A DNA stretch of 56,061 nucleotides from a virus (Duplodnaviria; Caudoviricetes): positions 1-56,061 of the IMG/VR virus record IMGVR_UViG_3300005529_000044. One strand, 5' to 3'. The notes under the pieces are model-generated. The model saw only the letters and a program-made list of their open reading frames with translations. It had not been told where the DNA came from and searched no databases. Made by a program: the position numbers and the translations under genes. Shown piece by piece: positions 43,820 through 52,713 of this stretch. Numbering within the stretch: the stretch's first letter is position 1; each line of letters opens with the position of its first letter.

Positions 43820-45384
43820 TTGGCGGCCTCCTTCCGCTTTGCGGCCTTCTTGTCTTCGGCGGCTTTTTCAGCCGCGCGCTTCTTCGAAGCTTCGAATTTG
43901 GCGAGCATCGGTGCACCGACGCTCTTCTGCAATTCGCCGAGGTCGATGCCGGCGCCGTCCAGGATGCGCTTGTCCAAGATGCTGCCGGATAAGTAGCGCG
44001 GGTTCCCATAGGGATGCATCGCGCACAGCCCGAGAAGGAGACCCTGAACGGAATCGTCGTTTGGGATCGCGGCAAGCAGGGCCTTTTCCAAATCGGCGTG
44101 TTTTGTTTTCGGCAACCGAAGAATGTGCGCCAGCTCTTTGCGGCCATCGTCGCGCAGGTAGCCCGTGACGAGCTTCTCCGCGATGATGTGCAGTTCGTGC
44201 TCCCCCAGGCCTTGGTCGCCCGCTATGATCTGGCGGACTGCTTCGCGGCGCGCCTCCACCCGGATCGTCTCGTCGAGGCGCTTCTTCTTGTCGGCCCACT
44301 TGTCGGCCACCGTGGCCGGCTTGCCGAAATCGCTGCTCTGGTACTGGCCGTGCTTCTTGCACTCCTGCGAACGGCAGATGAGGACCGTGTGCCCCACGCG
44401 TTCGGTTCCTGTCGCCACCAGCGCGGGCTCGGCGTGCTTGCACTTATCAGACTCGGTGCGGATCAGTAGGAAATTGCTACGGCCGATCACGCCCGCCGAC
44501 AGCCGGTCGCCCCAGTCGAGCGTCACGCGCGGCAGGTCCGGCCTGGTCTGGATCATCACCTGCACGAAGGCCGCCCGCTTGGCCTCGAAGCATTTCCCGT
44601 CGAGGCACTGGTCGCCCTTCTTCATGTCGTCGAACAGCTCGGCGTTGGCGCCCGTGCGCTTCTGGCAGGTGGTGCACGGCCCGGCCTTGGGCACCAGGTT
44701 CGGGTCGGATTTCTGCCAAGGCGCGCCGGCCAGATTCCGGTGCACGTGCTCGCGAATCCAGCGGGCCAGCTCGGACGCGGTGATGCCTGCCTTGTCCGGC
44801 TTCTTGCCGTTCCAGCTCGGGCGGAAGCAATAGGCAAAGGCCTCGTTCTGTCGGTCCTCGGGAAGGCGGCAAATATGGAGCGCGTGACCGTACGTAATCT
44901 TGCCGTCGAAGTACGCGGTGCGCGCCTTCGAGATCAACTGGAGCAGCTGGATCCGCTTGTAGATGTAGCTGCGGTCCTTTCCCACCTTTTCGGCGAGCAC
45001 GTCGGCGTTGTAGGCCTCGGACTGGAGTAGTCGCGCATAGCCCTCCGCTTCTTCGAGCGGATGCACATCCTCGCGCTGGAGGTTTTCGATCACCTGGATT
45101 TCGAGCGCCTGCTCGTCGGTCAGCTCGATGATGCGAACCGGCAGCACGGCCAGCCCGGCCAATTTGGCGGCCCGGAAACGCCGGGCGCCGGCCACGATCT
45201 CGTGCTTCTCCTGGTCTTTGCCACGGGCTGGCCGAACGAGCAGCGGCTCCAGAATGCCGTGCTCTTTGGCGCTCTGGGCGAGCTCGCGGAGTTTCCCTTC
45301 GTCGAAGTGCCGGCGCGGGTTAGTCTTCGATTCGACCAGTGCGCCGATCGGGAGCTCCACGAGTCGGCTCTCAGTGGCCGGCAT
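43816..45384 (-). CDS. ParB/RepB/Spo0J-family protein with long C-terminal region
   Basis: NPRRHF, GILEPLLVRP, IVAGARRFRAA, ENLQRED, HTH, and Cys cluster CTTC..C...C. Confidence 0.92.
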   Translation of the reverse strand: MPATESRLVELPIGALVESKTNPRRHFDEGKLRELAQSAKEHGILEPLLVRPARGKDQEKHEIVAGARRFRAAKLAGLAVLPVRIIELTDEQALEIQVIENLQREDVHPLEEAEGYARLLQSEAYNADVLAEKVGKDRSYIYKRIQLLQLISKARTAYFDGKITYGHALHICRLPEDRQNEAFAYCFRPSWNGKKPDKAGITASELARWIREHVHRNLAGAPWQKSDPNLVPKAGPCTTCQKRTGANAELFDDMKKGDQCLDGKCFEAKRAAFVQVMIQTRPDLPRVTLDWGDRLSAGVIGRSNFLLIRTESDKCKHAEPALVATGTERVGHTVLICRSQECKKHGQYQSSDFGKPATVADKWADKKKRLDETIRVEARREAVRQIIAGDQGLGEHELHIIAEKLVTGYLRDDGRKELAHILRLPKTKHADLEKALLAAIPNDDSVQGLLLGLCAMHPYGNPRYLSGSILDKRILDGAGIDLGELQKSVGAPMLAKFEASKKRAAEKAAEDKKAAKRKEAAK

Positions 45385-45670
45385 TGGTCGCTTCCTCGGC
45401 TGGCGTGTCGTACTCGTGCAGCGCGTCGTTATTGTGCGTGCGCTCGCGCCGGATTTCGAGCGGATAGCGGATCAGCAGTTTCTCGTCCTCCGTGCGCAGA
45501 ACGCAGTGCATGCGGTTGAACTCCCAGGCCATGAGCGTTCCGGCCTTCACGTGCAGCACGGGTCCGAGCATGTAGGAGACTGTGACCTTTTTGCCGAGGA
45601 ATTTCTCGATCTCCTGCGGCCAAGGATTCTGCTTGCGCGGAACGAATTTCCTGCGCGGCGCCGTCGTCAT
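45371..45670 (-). CDS. Hypothetical protein, possibly Sm/LSm-like
   Basis: FLGKKVTV......GTL......MH.VL pattern; AGGAG RBS. Confidence 0.5.
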   Translation of the reverse strand: MTTAPRRKFVPRKQNPWPQEIEKFLGKKVTVSYMLGPVLHVKAGTLMAWEFNRMHCVLRTEDEKLLIRYPLEIRRERTHNNDALHEYDTPAEEATNAGH

Positions 45671-45814
45671 GCGCGTGCTCCTGTCGATTCAGATTTTGGG
45701 GCGATGGGGGAAAGCGTCCCGCGCTGCGCTCTCGGTGCCCTGTGACTGCGTCCATCTCGCCAGGTGTGTAGAGAGACGAACCAGAAGCTCAAAGCGCAGC
45801 GCGCGATGCTCGGC

Positions 45815-46042
45815 CTATCCGATCTCCGCCAGTTCGCGGCGGCGGAATTGGCGCCCGGCTTCTTCGTGTTCGAAACGGTCGAGAGCGACGATCAAGTCGC
45901 TTGTCTGCTGCCGCGTTAGGTCCGCAAGCGACTGGAGGGCGCTCTCTTCGGCCACTTCCCGCGCCATCGCCAGCAGCTCTCCGTCCGATACGCCGAGGCG
46001 CTTCACACGCTGCTCGAGTTCGAAGGCCTGTCCGGGCGTCAC
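45815..46042 (-). CDS. Hypothetical protein
   Basis: GTG start after GGAGG; SLADLT..Q.SDLI..L. Confidence 0.55.
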   Translation of the reverse strand: MTPGQAFELEQRVKRLGVSDGELLAMAREVAEESALQSLADLTRQQTSDLIVALDRFEHEEAGRQFRRRELAEIG

Positions 46043-46311
46043 GCGGCCCTCCTGGTGCGCTCGTCCTGCCGGCGCCGCCATTCCGCGTAGCCGTGGTCCA
46101 AAACTTCTTCGCTCGCCGCCGTCTTGGTGATCCGCGCCTTCCGCACCGCCTTGTCGAAGCTGTAGCCCATGCCGAACAAAAGGCCCGCAAACGTGCGCCG
46201 CGTCATGTAGTTCGAGCTCAATTTCCTTTTGCCCGATGGAGTTCTGGGCGGAAGCGGTTCAAAGTCCCCGCCCTTTCCGCCAGAATCGATCGGCGTGGCA
46301 CGATCATCCAT
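46039..46311 (-). CDS. Hypothetical basic protein
   Basis: Start re-called at MDDRATP after AAGGAG. Confidence 0.55.
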   Translation of the reverse strand: MDDRATPIDSGGKGGDFEPLPPRTPSGKRKLSSNYMTRRTFAGLLFGMGYSFDKAVRKARITKTAASEEVLDHGYAEWRRRQDERTRRAA

Positions 46312-46510
46312 GTTTTGCTCCTTTACTGAAGGCCGCGGCCGCCTCCTGTTCGAATTCCGGAAGGATCCGATCCAGGATGTCCTTGAGCGCAGCACCGAGA
46401 CTCTGGCGTCGTGCGCCTGCAACAGCAGTGAGACGTTCCTTCGTTTCCAGCGGGATACGCGCCTGAAGCAGTTCCAATTTCTCAGCCTTCTTTCGTGGTA
46501 TGTTCTTCAT
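46304..46510 (-). CDS. Ribbon-helix-helix regulator (Cro-position)
   Basis: LLQARIPLETKERLTAVA......LGAALKDIL: alternating strand plus two helices; first gene of the leftward operon. Confidence 0.65.
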   Translation of the reverse strand: MKNIPRKKAEKLELLQARIPLETKERLTAVAGARRQSLGAALKDILDRILPEFEQEAAAAFSKGAKHG

Positions 46511-46532
46511 GCTGTTATTAGAAACCATACGG

Positions 46533-46562
46533 ATCATACTGCATGCATGTGATGCATGTCAA
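46533..46562 (-). promoter_or_regulatory. Leftward early promoter/operator
   Basis: TTGACA-tgcatcacatgcatgcag-TATGAT. Confidence 0.82.
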
Positions 46563-46573
46563 GAGGAATTTGC

Positions 46574-46879
46574 ATGTCCATTGAAAAGCACGTACAGGTG
46601 CGGCTGAACGAAGCCGAGAAGCAAAAGCTAAAGATCCTGCGCCACGAGATGCAAGTCGACAGTCTCCAGGAACTTATGCACCGGATCGTTCTGGCCGCCA
46701 TCGAGAAGACCGACGTGCAGGCGAGCCGACCCGCCCAGCATGAGGCCCTTTACCAGAAGGTCGCGTTCATCCTCAGCCACGGCGAAGACGCCGATCGCGC
46801 GACGCTCGACCGCTACTTGGACTTTCTCGCATCGGAAATACGGGCGCGCCGGGCACTTCGGAAACACGGTTCACGGTGA
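46574..46879 (+). CDS. Ribbon-helix-helix regulator (repressor position)
   Basis: KHVQVRLNEAEKQKLKIL......SLQELMHRIV; GAGG RBS; divergent from the leftward operon. Confidence 0.68.
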   Translation: MSIEKHVQVRLNEAEKQKLKILRHEMQVDSLQELMHRIVLAAIEKTDVQASRPAQHEALYQKVAFILSHGEDADRATLDRYLDFLASEIRARRALRKHGSR

Positions 46880-46942
46880 TCGAGGGCCGGGGGCATCGAT
46901 CTATCGACTGAAAACGGCCAAAATTGATAGTACTAAAACCGC

Positions 46943-47248
46943 ATGAGTTTTTTCCTTAACACGAACTGGCCCGGAATCGGCACAGCAATCTTTAAGCTGG
47001 GCGCATCGTCCTTATGGCTAGCTCTGTCCTTTCGATTCGGCTTCCGCTGCCGGCACGAAGACGGGGGCACGCTTGATTCGCGGCCTGGCTCAACCCTAGA
47101 AGCGTTTATGGTTTTCCCCGTTGTTTCAACGATTCCCGCTTACCTGTTGTTCGAAGGCCAGTCCGATTACGCCTTCGCCCTCGTGGTTTTGTCCTGCGCC
47201 GCGATGGTTCTCGGCTACAGGCGCGCTCGCAAGCACAAAAAGCCCTGA
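46943..47248 (+). CDS. Membrane protein in the immunity region
   Basis: About three hydrophobic segments; visibly AT-richer than its neighbours. Confidence 0.6.
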   Translation: MSFFLNTNWPGIGTAIFKLGASSLWLALSFRFGFRCRHEDGGTLDSRPGSTLEAFMVFPVVSTIPAYLLFEGQSDYAFALVVLSCAAMVLGYRRARKHKKP

Positions 47249-47257
47249 TTTTAGTCG

Positions 47258-47287
47258 TTGACATGCATTACATGCATGCTGTATGCT
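47258..47287 (+). promoter_or_regulatory. Rightward early promoter/operator
   Basis: TTGACA-tgcattacatgcatgctg-TATGCT; 27/30 identical to the leftward one. Confidence 0.82.
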
Positions 47288-47300
47288 TTGCATGTAACGC

Positions 47301-47405
47301 ATGAGCCGACGCATTCCCCACCACGTCATCGCCCGAAACCGCGCCAGGGTCGAAGCCGACTGGAACTGGCAACGCCACAATCCCGCGCTTTCCGGAGGCA
47401 ACTGA
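47301..47405 (+). CDS. 34-aa peptide, first rightward ORF
   Basis: My translation MSRRIPHHVIARNRARVEADWNWQRHNPALSGGN. Confidence 0.35.
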   Translation: MSRRIPHHVIARNRARVEADWNWQRHNPALSGGN

Positions 47406-47408
47406 GTC

Positions 47409-47612
47409 ATGAACTGCTACGCCATCCGCACGCTGAGCGATCGGAAGTTCGTCGGCTCGATTTACGCCGATGACTGCCACACCGTGCCAAGCCCCGATCC
47501 GGATGATCCGACGACTCTGACAGCCTTCGATGTCGATGGCCACTCGGTCGCGTATATCTGGAGCGATCGCCTGTCCTGGGAGATGGATCAGCACTCGCGG
47601 AGGAAAATCTAG
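47409..47612 (+). CDS. Hypothetical protein
   Basis: GGAGG RBS. Confidence 0.6.
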   Translation: MNCYAIRTLSDRKFVGSIYADDCHTVPSPDPDDPTTLTAFDVDGHSVAYIWSDRLSWEMDQHSRRKI

Positions 47613-47845
47613 TGCGCCGCCTGCCCCGCCGCATCGCACGCCGGCGCGCTGGTGACGCGCTCGCCGCCGAGGAATTCGATCGCCACAATCCCGAGCCCGT
47701 GAAGCCCGGCGGCCCGTGCGCGCTGTGCGGCAAGCCCGAAGACGACCACTACGCCGGCATGTGCGATGACTGGCGCCCCTACACGCCGAAGAAGGCGGCA
47801 CCCTGGAAGATCGACGGCGAGTTTGACGCTGGACTCGAAAGATGA
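47612..47845 (+). CDS. Small Zn-binding hypothetical protein
   Basis: CALCGK...H....C. Confidence 0.55.
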   Translation: MRRLPRRIARRRAGDALAAEEFDRHNPEPVKPGGPCALCGKPEDDHYAGMCDDWRPYTPKKAAPWKIDGEFDAGLER

Positions 47846-48495
47846 GCACGCAGCCCGCCCTCGATCTCCAGGCGTCCAAGCCCACGCTGCGCTTCGACGC
47901 CGTCGCGCACAAATATTTTCTCGATCCGGAAGGCGTCGAACTTCCCGGAGTCACCCGCGCGCTCGAGGGCGCTGGCATCGTCGACTGGTCGATGGTCCCG
48001 CGCGATATTCTCGTCGCCGCTCAGGAGCGCGGCACGCGCGTCCACGAAGCGCTCCATTACCTCGATGACGGCGAGCTCGATGAGCAAAACCTCGATCCCG
48101 CGATCCAGGGCTACGTGAGCGCCTGGCCCAAGGCCAAGGCACAGCTCGATATCGAAATTCTGCTCGTCGAGCACATGGGATTCAGCGCGGCGCATCGCTA
48201 CGCCGGGCGCATGGATCGCGTCGTCACGCTTCCCAAAAAAGGCGGCGGCCGGAGAAAATCTGTGATCGATTTCAAAACCGGCATCGTGCTTCCCGGCCAC
48301 GCCGTGCAGCTCGCTCTTTACGTGAGCCTGCTCCCGAATCCGTTCGAGTACGACCGGATCTGCCTTCAGTTGAGCGCCGACGGCACCTACCGGGTTCACG
48401 AATATCCGCCCGAGACCTTCCAGCGCGATCTGGCGATCGGCCGTGCCGCCGTCGGTATCTGGCACTGGAAGCAGAGTCAAGGCAAACGAGTTTAG
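47842..48495 (+). CDS. PD-(D/E)xK exonuclease (recombination module)
   Basis: LPGVT, RGT.VH, E......YAGRMDR, IDFKTG, QLALY. Confidence 0.88.
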   Translation: MSTQPALDLQASKPTLRFDAVAHKYFLDPEGVELPGVTRALEGAGIVDWSMVPRDILVAAQERGTRVHEALHYLDDGELDEQNLDPAIQGYVSAWPKAKAQLDIEILLVEHMGFSAAHRYAGRMDRVVTLPKKGGGRRKSVIDFKTGIVLPGHAVQLALYVSLLPNPFEYDRICLQLSADGTYRVHEYPPETFQRDLAIGRAAVGIWHWKQSQGKRV

Positions 48496-48507
48496 AGGAG
48501 GAAAGTC

Positions 48508-49263
48508 ATGCAACCATCGAAAGCAGCCACGCAGGCCCTGCCCGGGCCGCGCCTTGTCCCGGTCGCCCGGGAGATCGATCCGGAGTTTCAGGCCGCGCTG
48601 AGCTGGCCGGAGCGCGCTAAAACGCTCAAGGTCATCGACGCCGCAACGCTCCAGCTCGCCGCCGATGAACGCGCGGCCGCCAAGGCCTTAATCGTCAAGG
48701 CACACGAAAGTTTCGATCCGATCTGCAAGTCGGCGTATGACGCCTGGCAAGTCGCCATCCGCAAGCGAGCCGAGATCCTCGACCCGCTCGAACAGGCGGT
48801 GAAGATTTACGACAGCGCGATGGTGGCCTACAACCGCGAACAGGAACGAATCGCGCGCGAGACCCAGCGCAAACTCGAAGAAGAGGCCCGGCTCCGCGAG
48901 CTCGAGGAACGCGAGCGCGAGATTGAGCACGCCGAAGCCACCGGCGCCACGCCGGCCGAAGTCGCTTCGATCATCGAGCGGCCGATCGTCGCGCCGCCGG
49001 TGGTGGCGCCTGCCCCGGCCAAACCCGCCGGCGCCGTCATCAAGCAGAACTGGAAGGGCCGCATTTCCGACATGCGAACCTTCATCACGCACCTGGTCCA
49101 AAACAAACGCTGGGAGCTGCTCGGACTGCTCGCCGAGGACTCGCCTGCCTGCAACAAATTAGCCGGCTCCATCAAAAACACCGGCTCCATTCCTGGCTTT
49201 GAAGCCTGGGACGCGGGAAGCGTCGCCAGCACAGCAAGCGGCCGCATGCCGCGGAGGTCGTAA
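48508..49263 (+). CDS. Coiled-coil recombination-module protein
   Basis: Long helical region and a C-terminal IPG motif; between the exonuclease and the annealing protein. Confidence 0.65.
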   Translation: MQPSKAATQALPGPRLVPVAREIDPEFQAALSWPERAKTLKVIDAATLQLAADERAAAKALIVKAHESFDPICKSAYDAWQVAIRKRAEILDPLEQAVKIYDSAMVAYNREQERIARETQRKLEEEARLRELEEREREIEHAEATGATPAEVASIIERPIVAPPVVAPAPAKPAGAVIKQNWKGRISDMRTFITHLVQNKRWELLGLLAEDSPACNKLAGSIKNTGSIPGFEAWDAGSVASTASGRMPRRS

Positions 49264-50051
49264 TGCCTGAAAGTGAAGCCCTCACACCCACGTCCGTTGA
49301 TCTGGTCGAATTCGGCACGTTTCGCAAGCCCGAGCACGCGCTCGCCGAGGCCGAGCTCGTCGCCAAGGCGTTCGCCCTGCGCGCGGAACGCCTCAACCTG
49401 TTCGTGCAAATCGGCCCGTCGAAGCACTTGAAAATCGAGGGCTGGCAAATGCTCGCGATGATGTATCGCGTCTCGGCCGGGATCGTCTCGACCAAGTACG
49501 TCACGTTCGGCGAATTCGAGGGCTTTGAGGCCACCGCGGAAGCCATCTACGTCCCGACCGGCCACCGGATCTCGACGGCCGAAGCGATGTGCATGAATGA
49601 CGAGGACCGGTGGGACATGCGCCCGGAGTACGAATACATCGAAGGCAAAAAGACGCAGGTCGGCGAGGTGGAGGTGCCTCTCCAGCAGTTGCGCTCGATG
49701 GCGCAGACGCGCGCCTGTTCGAAGGTCCTGTCGAATCTGCTGCGGTTCGTCGCGGTGATGGCCGGCTTCGCCGGCACGCCGGCGCACGAGATGACGGGCA
49801 GCAACGGCTCTGCGGCGACGCCCGCATCGGCCCCGCAGCGCACCGGGGCAGCGGCGCCCACCGATCCAATCAGCGAAAAGCAGCTCGGCCGGCTGTGGGC
49901 GATCGCCAGGAACGCCGGCAAGTCCGATGAAGCCGTAGGCGTGGTGCTCGAACACTTCAAGTACTCGACGGCCGCCGGCGTGCGCGAGGCTGCCGCCCGC
50001 GTGCAGCGCAAGGACTACGAGGCGATCTGCGCGGAGCTGATGCGGCAATGA
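49263..50051 (+). CDS. Putative ssDNA-annealing recombinase
   Basis: KHLKIEGWQ, AEAMC..DE..W, SMAQTRA.SK, GF.GTPA.EM; C-terminal ISEKQ..RLWAI. Confidence 0.65.
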   Translation: MPESEALTPTSVDLVEFGTFRKPEHALAEAELVAKAFALRAERLNLFVQIGPSKHLKIEGWQMLAMMYRVSAGIVSTKYVTFGEFEGFEATAEAIYVPTGHRISTAEAMCMNDEDRWDMRPEYEYIEGKKTQVGEVEVPLQQLRSMAQTRACSKVLSNLLRFVAVMAGFAGTPAHEMTGSNGSAATPASAPQRTGAAAPTDPISEKQLGRLWAIARNAGKSDEAVGVVLEHFKYSTAAGVREAAARVQRKDYEAICAELMRQ

Positions 50052-50106
50052 TCAAGAAGGGCTTCCGCAAGGATTACGACGCGATCGTCGCGCGGGTGAT
50101 GCAGTC

Positions 50107-50292
50107 GTGACGCGCTCCGCGAAAGCCTCGGCCGGCCCTTGCCCGCACTGCTGCGACACCGGCCTGGTCGCGGACTGGGTCGGCGATTCGTTCCAATTCC
50201 GGCGCTGTATCTGCGCGGCCGCGGCCAGCCCGTTTCTCGAGCACTGGGTCGGGCGAGTTATTCACCCTGACGATTTCGTGATGGTGCGCTGA
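50107..50292 (+). CDS. Small Zn-finger protein
   Basis: CPHC.DTG and RCIC. Confidence 0.55.
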   Translation: MTRSAKASAGPCPHCCDTGLVADWVGDSFQFRRCICAAAASPFLEHWVGRVIHPDDFVMVR

Positions 50293-50391
50293 GGCCATGA
50301 TCCTGGCTTCGCTCATCGCCGTTTTTATCATCGTCGCGCTGCTCTGGGCGATCACGTCCGGAGTCGGCCACGACGATCAATGGAGGCACTA

Positions 50392-50691
50392 ATGGAAAAG
50401 CAACGAGTCGATTCTTCAAGCATCTTCGCGATCGGGCGCGACCAGTCGGGAACCGAGATCCAGTTTCACGCGGCTGGCTGCAAGGTCCGGACCAAGCGCG
50501 GAGGCGACGAGGTTCCCTGCGATTGCGAGGGCGGGGATACCTACCATTTCCCGCTCAACGATGAGGAGCACGCCGCGCTCGTCTCCGCGCCCTCAATCGG
50601 CGGCTACTTCATGCGAAACATCCGCCACGCCAAGAAACGCGATGGCTCGCTGCGCTATCCGGGCACCAAGCGCGAGGCGACGACGGCATGA
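50392..50691 (+). CDS. KTSC-domain protein
   Basis: VDSSSI.AIG.....EIQF...Y.......H.AL..APSIG.YF..NIR. Confidence 0.8.
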   Translation: MEKQRVDSSSIFAIGRDQSGTEIQFHAAGCKVRTKRGGDEVPCDCEGGDTYHFPLNDEEHAALVSAPSIGGYFMRNIRHAKKRDGSLRYPGTKREATTA

Positions 50692-50831
50692 ATCTCCGTT
50701 ACCTGACGGTTGAGACGCGCGTCGGTTTCTGGCAGCGGTGGAAGGTTCTGATCACCGGCCGCGTGCGCGTGAAGGTCCGCTTGGCCGAGCCGATTGCGAT
50801 CATCGAAGCGGCAGAGCTTTCTAAAGTCTAG
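50688..50831 (+). CDS. Small hypothetical protein (47 aa)
   Basis: My translation MNLRYLTVETRVGFWQRWKVLITGRVRV...; ATGA-coupled; stop overlaps the convergent gene. Confidence 0.5.
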   Translation: MNLRYLTVETRVGFWQRWKVLITGRVRVKVRLAEPIAIIEAAELSKV

Positions 50832-51676
50832 CTGCGCGGAGTGGCCGCTGCTCGCCAACTCGGACGCCCCGATACCAGCACGCCGCGCCAGGCCTCGTAG
50901 AACTCCATCTGGTCGCGTGCGGCGCCGTGGCTCTTACACCAGGCGGTGCCGTCTAGCGGGATCACGTTGGGCGGGATTCGTTCGGTGCCGTGCTCGGGGC
51001 CGCTAAATCCCAGTGCGCGGTCGCCGAATCCGCCCACGCCCGTCTTGACCAGACTCCACAGGTTCCGAGGCACGGACCCGAGCCATCGGTAGGCCCCGCC
51101 CAGCACCTCGTCTGCGCGCGAATACACCACCAGACAGGTGCCCGCGATCTTCGCCACAGCCGTTGCGTAGGCCTGGCCGGTCTCGATCGCTTCATCATCG
51201 ACGGCCGCATTGGTCAGGATCAGATTGCGGAAGGCCAGATCTCCCGTGCGGTTTGATTCGAGCACCACCAGATTGCCCAGGCTGTGCGCTTCGGCGTCGA
51301 TTCCGTTCGGACTTAGGGCCTGGAGGATCGTACGCAGCCGGCGTCCGGCATGCCGGGCGGAGTACTCGGCGACCACGTACGACAGCGGATCGAATCCGGG
51401 CCAGAGGACCAGCATGGCCACCTGGTAGGCTCCCGTCTCACCCAGAATGCCGCGCAGTTCGAGGTTGCGGCAAATGACGGCGAACGCGTCTTCCGCCGCG
51501 CGTTCGGTATTGTTGAACCCTCCCACCACGACGAGCAGGCGGCGCGCCAGGGTGAGCTCCCGGAGGCGCGCCAGCGCTTGCTCGCCCTCGAGGGTGTCAC
51601 TGCCGACGCGCAGGAAGGGACTTCCGAACCAGAAGCGCGACCCGAAGCCGCGGCACAGGGAAAGGATCAGACGCAT
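50828..51676 (-). CDS. Alpha/beta hydrolase (DUF900-like esterase/lipase)
   Basis: GGFNN oxyanion motif, AHSLG nucleophile elbow, AAVD, S..D.VL, ALG..GP, and a SH His. Confidence 0.85.
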   Translation of the reverse strand: MRLILSLCRGFGSRFWFGSPFLRVGSDTLEGEQALARLRELTLARRLLVVVGGFNNTERAAEDAFAVICRNLELRGILGETGAYQVAMLVLWPGFDPLSYVVAEYSARHAGRRLRTILQALSPNGIDAEAHSLGNLVVLESNRTGDLAFRNLILTNAAVDDEAIETGQAYATAVAKIAGTCLVVYSRADEVLGGAYRWLGSVPRNLWSLVKTGVGGFGDRALGFSGPEHGTERIPPNVIPLDGTAWCKSHGAARDQMEFYEAWRGVLVSGRPSWRAAATPRS

Positions 51677-51685
51677 GTGGCTCTC

Positions 51686-52228
51686 CTACTTGTCGCGACC
51701 GAGGGCGATTCCCGTCCAGCAGCCGCCCGCCGGGAGCGTAATTTCGGCCGGCAAATCGAGGATTCGAAGACGAGCCGGGTCCGGCGCGGACCGCTGTAGT
51801 TTGGTCGCAATCCAGTGCGCCAGGCCTGCGGCGATCGCGAGCGTCGACACGGCCTTGGTTTTCTCGCTATCGGTCAGCTTGATCAGGTTCCCGCCGGTGA
51901 GCGCCGCCCCTCCCAGGCTCAAGCCCTCGCCGACGTCGAGGGCGAGCTGGGCCCGGGAGCGCCCGACGGCACGGACCGCGAGGGCATCCGTGGCGCCCGG
52001 GCTGAATAGGAAGACCCCCTGTTTGGCCGCTTCCTGGATCACCTGGCCGGCCGAGGCCCTGGAGCCCGCGGCCGTCGCGCAGACCGCGACGTTCCAGGCG
52101 GCTACACCCGCGTAGCGGCGTTCGAGAAACGCCCGGGCGATCGCGGCGGGGGTGGGTGTGGCCGTGACGGTCACCTGGCCTGTGGCGAGCGCCGCAAGGC
52201 CATACGCGATGGCAAGAACGCGAATCAC
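51686..52228 (-). CDS. Exported/membrane protein in the lysis cassette
   Basis: MIRVLAIAYGLAALATG|Q; internal Gly/Ala-rich hydrophobic helices; Cys pair. Confidence 0.6.
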   Translation of the reverse strand: MIRVLAIAYGLAALATGQVTVTATPTPAAIARAFLERRYAGVAAWNVAVCATAAGSRASAGQVIQEAAKQGVFLFSPGATDALAVRAVGRSRAQLALDVGEGLSLGGAALTGGNLIKLTDSEKTKAVSTLAIAAGLAHWIATKLQRSAPDPARLRILDLPAEITLPAGGCWTGIALGRDK

Positions 52229-52713
52229 CTCGGGGTGCCTTTCTCAAAACGCCGCCTATACTCGGCCCACCAGTCGCCCAGAAACACGGCTTGCGCGGCC
52301 GCTAGGCTGAGCTTGCCTTTGCAGACGTCGCGCTTGAGCGCATTTTCGAGGCGATCTTTTTCGTGCGCGCCATACGGCCGCGCCCACGGTTCGGGCCAGA
52401 GATTTTCCTCGCCGCGCGGAGCTCCGCCGAGCTCGAGTGGCACGCGATGATCTTCTTCATAGTCGGCCGGACTGGGCCCGCCCTCGGCCGAAAGCCTTAC
52501 CAGAATCAGGAGGCGCTGGAGCTGCTCGATCTTGAGTCGGTTAGTGTAGGCTGCCGGTGGCCGCACGGTTTTGCTCCATCCGGATTTACAGATGGTTGCC
52601 CCGATCGTCTCCTGCGTCACGGCCGGATTCAGCGCGCCCTTGGCCCAGTATGGCGGCAGTGATTGCCCGAACCCGATCGCTGCGGTTAGCGCGAACAGTG
52701 CGAACGCTTTCAT
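52225..52713 (-). CDS. Signal-peptide-bearing HNH-like nuclease
   Basis: MKAFALFALTAAIGFG|Q; YEEDHRVPLELGG.....NLWPE; KDRLEN.L...VC.G. Confidence 0.8.
   Translation of the reverse strand: MKAFALFALTAAIGFGQSLPPYWAKGALNPAVTQETIGATICKSGWSKTVRPPAAYTNRLKIEQLQRLLILVRLSAEGGPSPADYEEDHRVPLELGGAPRGEENLWPEPWARPYGAHEKDRLENALKRDVCKGKLSLAAAQAVFLGDWWAEYRRRFEKGTPR

Noticed and set aside
45671-45814. Possible regulatory RNA in an intergenic gap
   Set aside because: I could not find convincing stems or promoter motifs by eye.
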